Source: Halieaceae bacterium (GTDB taxonomy: Bacteria > Pseudomonadota > Gammaproteobacteria > Pseudomonadales > Halieaceae). From it: a stretch of 64,000 bases of DNA. The position numbers and the translations under genes are program-made. Shown here piece by piece: positions 60,635-64,000 of the stretch. Each line of letters starts with the position of its first letter. Within the stretch, counting starts at the first letter, position 1. The notes beneath the pieces are model-generated. The model saw nothing but the letters and a program-made list of their open reading frames with translations, ran no database searches and was not told the DNA's origin. Location of the stretch: the NCBI GenBank assembly GCA_902522335.1, contig CABYVD010000002.1, forward strand, positions 16,428-80,427. The letters are read 5' to 3'.

Positions 60635-62314
60635 TTAATTCGGCCAGTAAATGTACTCGTCACCGCCCTCAAAATGCTCCACCAATGTCTTGTCGATACT
60701 AATCGCACTTTCCATAACTGCGGGATACAGCGGCGTTCTCGCACTCGCGGCGTGCTCATCAAGCAGAGCCATCAACTCGGCGACTTTTTCAGGGTCGCTC
60801 ATCGCTAAGTTGTGTTGCTCGTTAGGGTCGTCGGCGAGATTGAACAGCCACTGCTTGTCCGGGTTCGCCGTGACCTGAAGCTTCCAGTCTTCGTGACGCA
60901 CGACTCTGTAATGTCCACTCTGCCAGAATAACGTGTCACGGCTCCACGCATCTTTGCCGGACTCTGTCGCCAAGGGCAGCAGGTTCTTACCGTCGATGAT
61001 CACGTTTTGGGGCTCATCAGCACCCGCAGCTGCAGTGAGTGTTGGCATAACGTCAATATGCGCGACGGGCTCCTCTGCGACAGTACCCGCCGTTATCCTG
61101 GCTGGCCACTTCATCATGAGGGGTACCCGGATGCCACCCTCAAACTGGCTAATCTTCCAGCCCCGGAACGGCTTGTTAATGTCAGGTAGGCCAATATAGC
61201 CCGGCCCCCCATTGTCGTTTGTAAAGATAACCAGGGTGTTATCGTCCAAACCAGCCTCTTCCAGTGCAGCGTTGATACGACCCACACTTCGGTCAAGCGA
61301 GCGGATCATGGCAGCGTAAACCCGTGCGCGGTGTGGAGTGATGTCGCCCACTGCCTCGTAATCCTCACGCGTTGCCTGCAAGGGCGTATGTACGCCCCAA
61401 TGACCTAAATACAAGAAAAAAGGTTGATATTTATTGGCGTTAATGATGTTGATGGACTCATCGGTCCAGTAATCCGTTAGGTAACCTCGTGGCTCAAATC
61501 GATCTTGATCGCCCGAATTAAAGCTATTAGCGAATCTCAAACGAGCCCACAGAAACTGATCAATGGGGTCAAAATTGAGCTTTGCATTTACGACATTCGG
61601 ATCGTCCTCTGGAAGGTAGAGCGCGCTGGCCATGAGCAAGCTCTGATCGAAGCCCTGTTCATGTGGCGCCATGCCGTTTTTACGTCCTAAATGCCACTTC
61701 CCAATATGGTAGGTGGCATAGCCCTTATCTTTGAGAACCTCGGCAATTGTTACTTCTTGAGGTGGAAGACCTTGCTCCTCATAGGGCGGCTTAGTTTCAT
61801 CGAGCGCGGCGTCATAGAGCATGGGCGGTGCGCCCCGATTCATCTCCTCTGAAATTCTGGAAATCATTGGCGCCATGCCAGACGGCATTGGTGTGAACTC
61901 AAATCCCGTTCGTGTCGGGTAACGACCCGTCATCAACATGGCACGCGACGGGGCGCAGGTGCCGGCGCCAGAGTAGGACTGGGTAAAGACCACGCCGTCT
62001 GCCGCTAACTGATCAATGTGAGGCGTCTTGACGCGGCCATCAGCTAGGCCACCGCCAAACGCAGAGATATCGTTGTAGCCCAGATCATCAGCGACGATAA
62101 GAATGATATTAGGTGGACGCTCAGTGAGAGGGATAACGGCTTCATCCGGCCCTTTATTCCACGGAATATCGCGTGGTGGACCAACCTCGTATTCATTCGC
62201 CGACTGATACTTCACGAGAGCTAATAAGATCTGCGTTTGATTTTGATATGCACCCAGCGCCGCGATCGTCAGTAATGCTGCAACGGACAGTAGAACTTTC
62301 CTCATCGTTTCCAT
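60635..62314 (-). CDS. Cys-type (formylglycine-dependent) sulfatase, exported or membrane anchored
   Basis: PNIILIVADDLG, CAPSRAMLMTGRY (CxPxR), GKWHLG, HTPLQA, NDNGG, EGGIRVP, LFNL..DP.EQ.NLA. Confidence 0.93.
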   Translation of the reverse strand: METMRKVLLSVAALLTIAALGAYQNQTQILLALVKYQSANEYEVGPPRDIPWNKGPDEAVIPLTERPPNIILIVADDLGYNDISAFGGGLADGRVKTPHIDQLAADGVVFTQSYSGAGTCAPSRAMLMTGRYPTRTGFEFTPMPSGMAPMISRISEEMNRGAPPMLYDAALDETKPPYEEQGLPPQEVTIAEVLKDKGYATYHIGKWHLGRKNGMAPHEQGFDQSLLMASALYLPEDDPNVVNAKLNFDPIDQFLWARLRFANSFNSGDQDRFEPRGYLTDYWTDESINIINANKYQPFFLYLGHWGVHTPLQATREDYEAVGDITPHRARVYAAMIRSLDRSVGRINAALEEAGLDDNTLVIFTNDNGGPGYIGLPDINKPFRGWKISQFEGGIRVPLMMKWPARITAGTVAEEPVAHIDVMPTLTAAAGADEPQNVIIDGKNLLPLATESGKDAWSRDTLFWQSGHYRVVRHEDWKLQVTANPDKQWLFNLADDPNEQHNLAMSDPEKVAELMALLDEHAASARTPLYPAVMESAISIDKTLVEHFEGGDEYIYWPN

Positions 62315-62555
62315 TACCTCCCCGTCGATCTATCGTTGACTCTCTCACGATCCACCACCTCTAGATGAATAGTTCTGGAGAGAGTCGCATCACCTCGTCA
62401 GCACCACCTCAACGTAATGGATTACCGCAGCGGTTATGACATTGGGTAGTTATACGCATGGCCTTTAAAGACACACGCCAGTTATTTAGTCATAGATTAT
62501 GTCAATTAAAGCCGGCAATGCAATCAAGCATTTAATTAAAGGGGTAGTTGTCGGT

Positions 62556-63149
62556 TTACGCGCGGGCGATAAGCCCCAGAAGCAATGACTGAATGATGGC
62601 GGCACTATCAGCTCTGGTGAGCCTCTGCTCACCTCGCAATCGCTGCCACATTTCGAACGACGCAATCGCATCGATCGATTCCCGAGTTGATTCAGAAAGA
62701 TTGCTGATCTCAGGAAGCCATTGCTCGAGATCTTTGCGAAGTCCTCGCTGGCTGCGTGCGTAGTTTGATCGAAGCATCTCATACCGCCAGAGTTGCGCTT
62801 TGGTCCCTAGCATAAGATTTTTCAAACGCTCAAATGCATCACTGCGCCGCTCAATGGCTCGGCTTACCCTCTCCTCCAGCGACCCTTCACGATCACCACC
62901 CAAAAATAGCGCTTCGTAGGAATCACGGAGGTGGTCGTCTACCGCTTTAAACAGTGTCTCCATGTCTTCGAAGTGTCGAAAAAAGGAACGTATTAACACA
63001 CCAGCACGATCAGATATTTGCTGGGCAGTCGGCACCAGCACACCCTCTTCTTGAAGTGAGAGTGCGGCCTCAATAATGGCCAAACGTGTGCGCTCGCCAC
63101 GCTGTCGACGACCATCTACCGAGACCACTGCATTGTTGTTTGCCATCAT
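62556..63149 (-). CDS. TetR/AcrR family transcriptional regulator
   Basis: DGRRQRGERTR.AIIEAA...PTAQQI..RAGV..RSFFRHF.DME HTH; ATG 63149 or 63146. Confidence 0.9.
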   Translation of the reverse strand: MMANNNAVVSVDGRRQRGERTRLAIIEAALSLQEEGVLVPTAQQISDRAGVLIRSFFRHFEDMETLFKAVDDHLRDSYEALFLGGDREGSLEERVSRAIERRSDAFERLKNLMLGTKAQLWRYEMLRSNYARSQRGLRKDLEQWLPEISNLSESTRESIDAIASFEMWQRLRGEQRLTRADSAAIIQSLLLGLIARA

Positions 63150-63448
63150 GCCTTCCAGGCCACAAGGGTTTGGAATCGCAAAGTGTACACCGACACCACT
63201 TGCCACTGCACACCTGTCACTATCGCGCCTTTTGGACTCACCCTGCTGCGCGAGGGAACATGCTTTGACAAAGTTACCGTCACCGGAGGGTTATCGGATA
63301 ATTCGGTCTTAGGCCCGATCGAGTTGAATGAGCGGTTTGCTTGTATCTGATTCCGGTGCCGTACTTCGACTCTATTCCTCACCGCTTTGCTACTATGGTC
63401 CTAAGATCTACTTTTATTGGAAACGCACTGTAAACAAGAGCGACCACA

Positions 63449-64000
63449 ATGCCTTCAAAATTCATTCGATCCACCCTCGCCTCCGCACTCCTCACACTCT
63501 GGTCACTCGCCTCACAGGCTAATGAGGGTGTCATCAGCAGTATTGAAACCCGATCACAGCAGCTAACAGATCTCAGTGACCTCATTTGGGATCTCGCCGA
63601 GGTGGGCTATCAGGAAACGCGCTCAAGCGAAGCATTAAAAAGTGCCTTGTCAGCTGAAGGCTTCAGCATTGAAGGCGGTGTCGCTGATATCCCGACGGCG
63701 TTTGTTGCCAGTTACGGATCCGGCGAGCCAGTCATTGCTGTCATGGGCGAATTCGATGCACTACCCGGTATTAGCCAAGCAGCGGTGCCTTTCGAGCAAA
63801 AAATCGAGGGCAAGAATGCGGCTCAGGCCTGCGGCCATCACCTGTTTGGCGCAGGTTCAGCCGGCGCGGCTATTGCAGTCAAAGAATGGCTCGAGCGCAC
63901 GGGCACCCCGGGCACAATTCAGTTCTTCGGTACGCCGGCTGAGGAAGGTGGCTCTGGAAAGGTCTATATGGTGCGGGCGGGTCTCTTTGATGATGTGGAT
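63449..64000 (+). CDS. M20 amidohydrolase, AbgB-like, with signal peptide (5' part only)
   Basis: Manual translation from ATG 63449: MPSKFIRS...IWDLAEVGYQETRSS...IPTAFVASYGSG.PVI...GEFDALPG...ACGHHLFG...GTPAEEGGSGKVYM. Runs off the window end. Confidence 0.88.
   Translation, partial: MPSKFIRSTLASALLTLWSLASQANEGVISSIETRSQQLTDLSDLIWDLAEVGYQETRSSEALKSALSAEGFSIEGGVADIPTAFVASYGSGEPVIAVMGEFDALPGISQAAVPFEQKIEGKNAAQACGHHLFGAGSAGAAIAVKEWLERTGTPGTIQFFGTPAEEGGSGKVYMVRAGLFDDVD

Noticed and set aside
299-63585. Numerous short overlapping or antisense ORFs in the six-frame track (e.g. 3783-4322, 6373-6960, 41206-41787, 42603-43043, 55756-56235, 60568-60762)
   Set aside because: They are shadows of well-supported genes, with no recognisable motifs.

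Overview
A gene-dense chromosomal window, most likely from a marine gammaproteobacterium. Gene content suggests the OM60/NOR5 clade (Halieaceae, Luminiphilus-like), but this is inference, not a database result. I found no integrase, transposase, CRISPR array or rRNA. The main feature is a translationally coupled two-gene operon, closed by its own terminator, encoding trifunctional propionyl-CoA synthase (pcs, ~1800 aa) and bifunctional malonyl-CoA reductase (mcr, ~1216 aa). These are the two signature reductive enzymes of the 3-hydroxypropionate bi-cycle, and none of the cycle's glyoxylate-assimilating genes lie in the window. Also notable: (1) an apt gene whose 3' end appears replaced by the promoter and 5' end of tRNA-Arg(ACG); (2) kynU paired with an HGGxW alpha/beta-hydrolase; (3) a desaturase-family gene that appears to need a non-canonical start codon; (4) a rubredoxin/rubredoxin-reductase fusion; (5) a MatB-like malonate-CoA ligase; (6) an uncharacterised cluster at 54.5-63.3 kb (haloalkane dehalogenase, acyl-CoA dehydrogenase, two large GST-like proteins, two DUF1330-like proteins, sulfatase, TetR) with a recurring TGACA-N7-TGTCA motif. 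The rest is typical heterotroph scavenging content: peptidases, a TonB receptor, an RND pump, beta-oxidation enzymes, ald/lrp and dinB.
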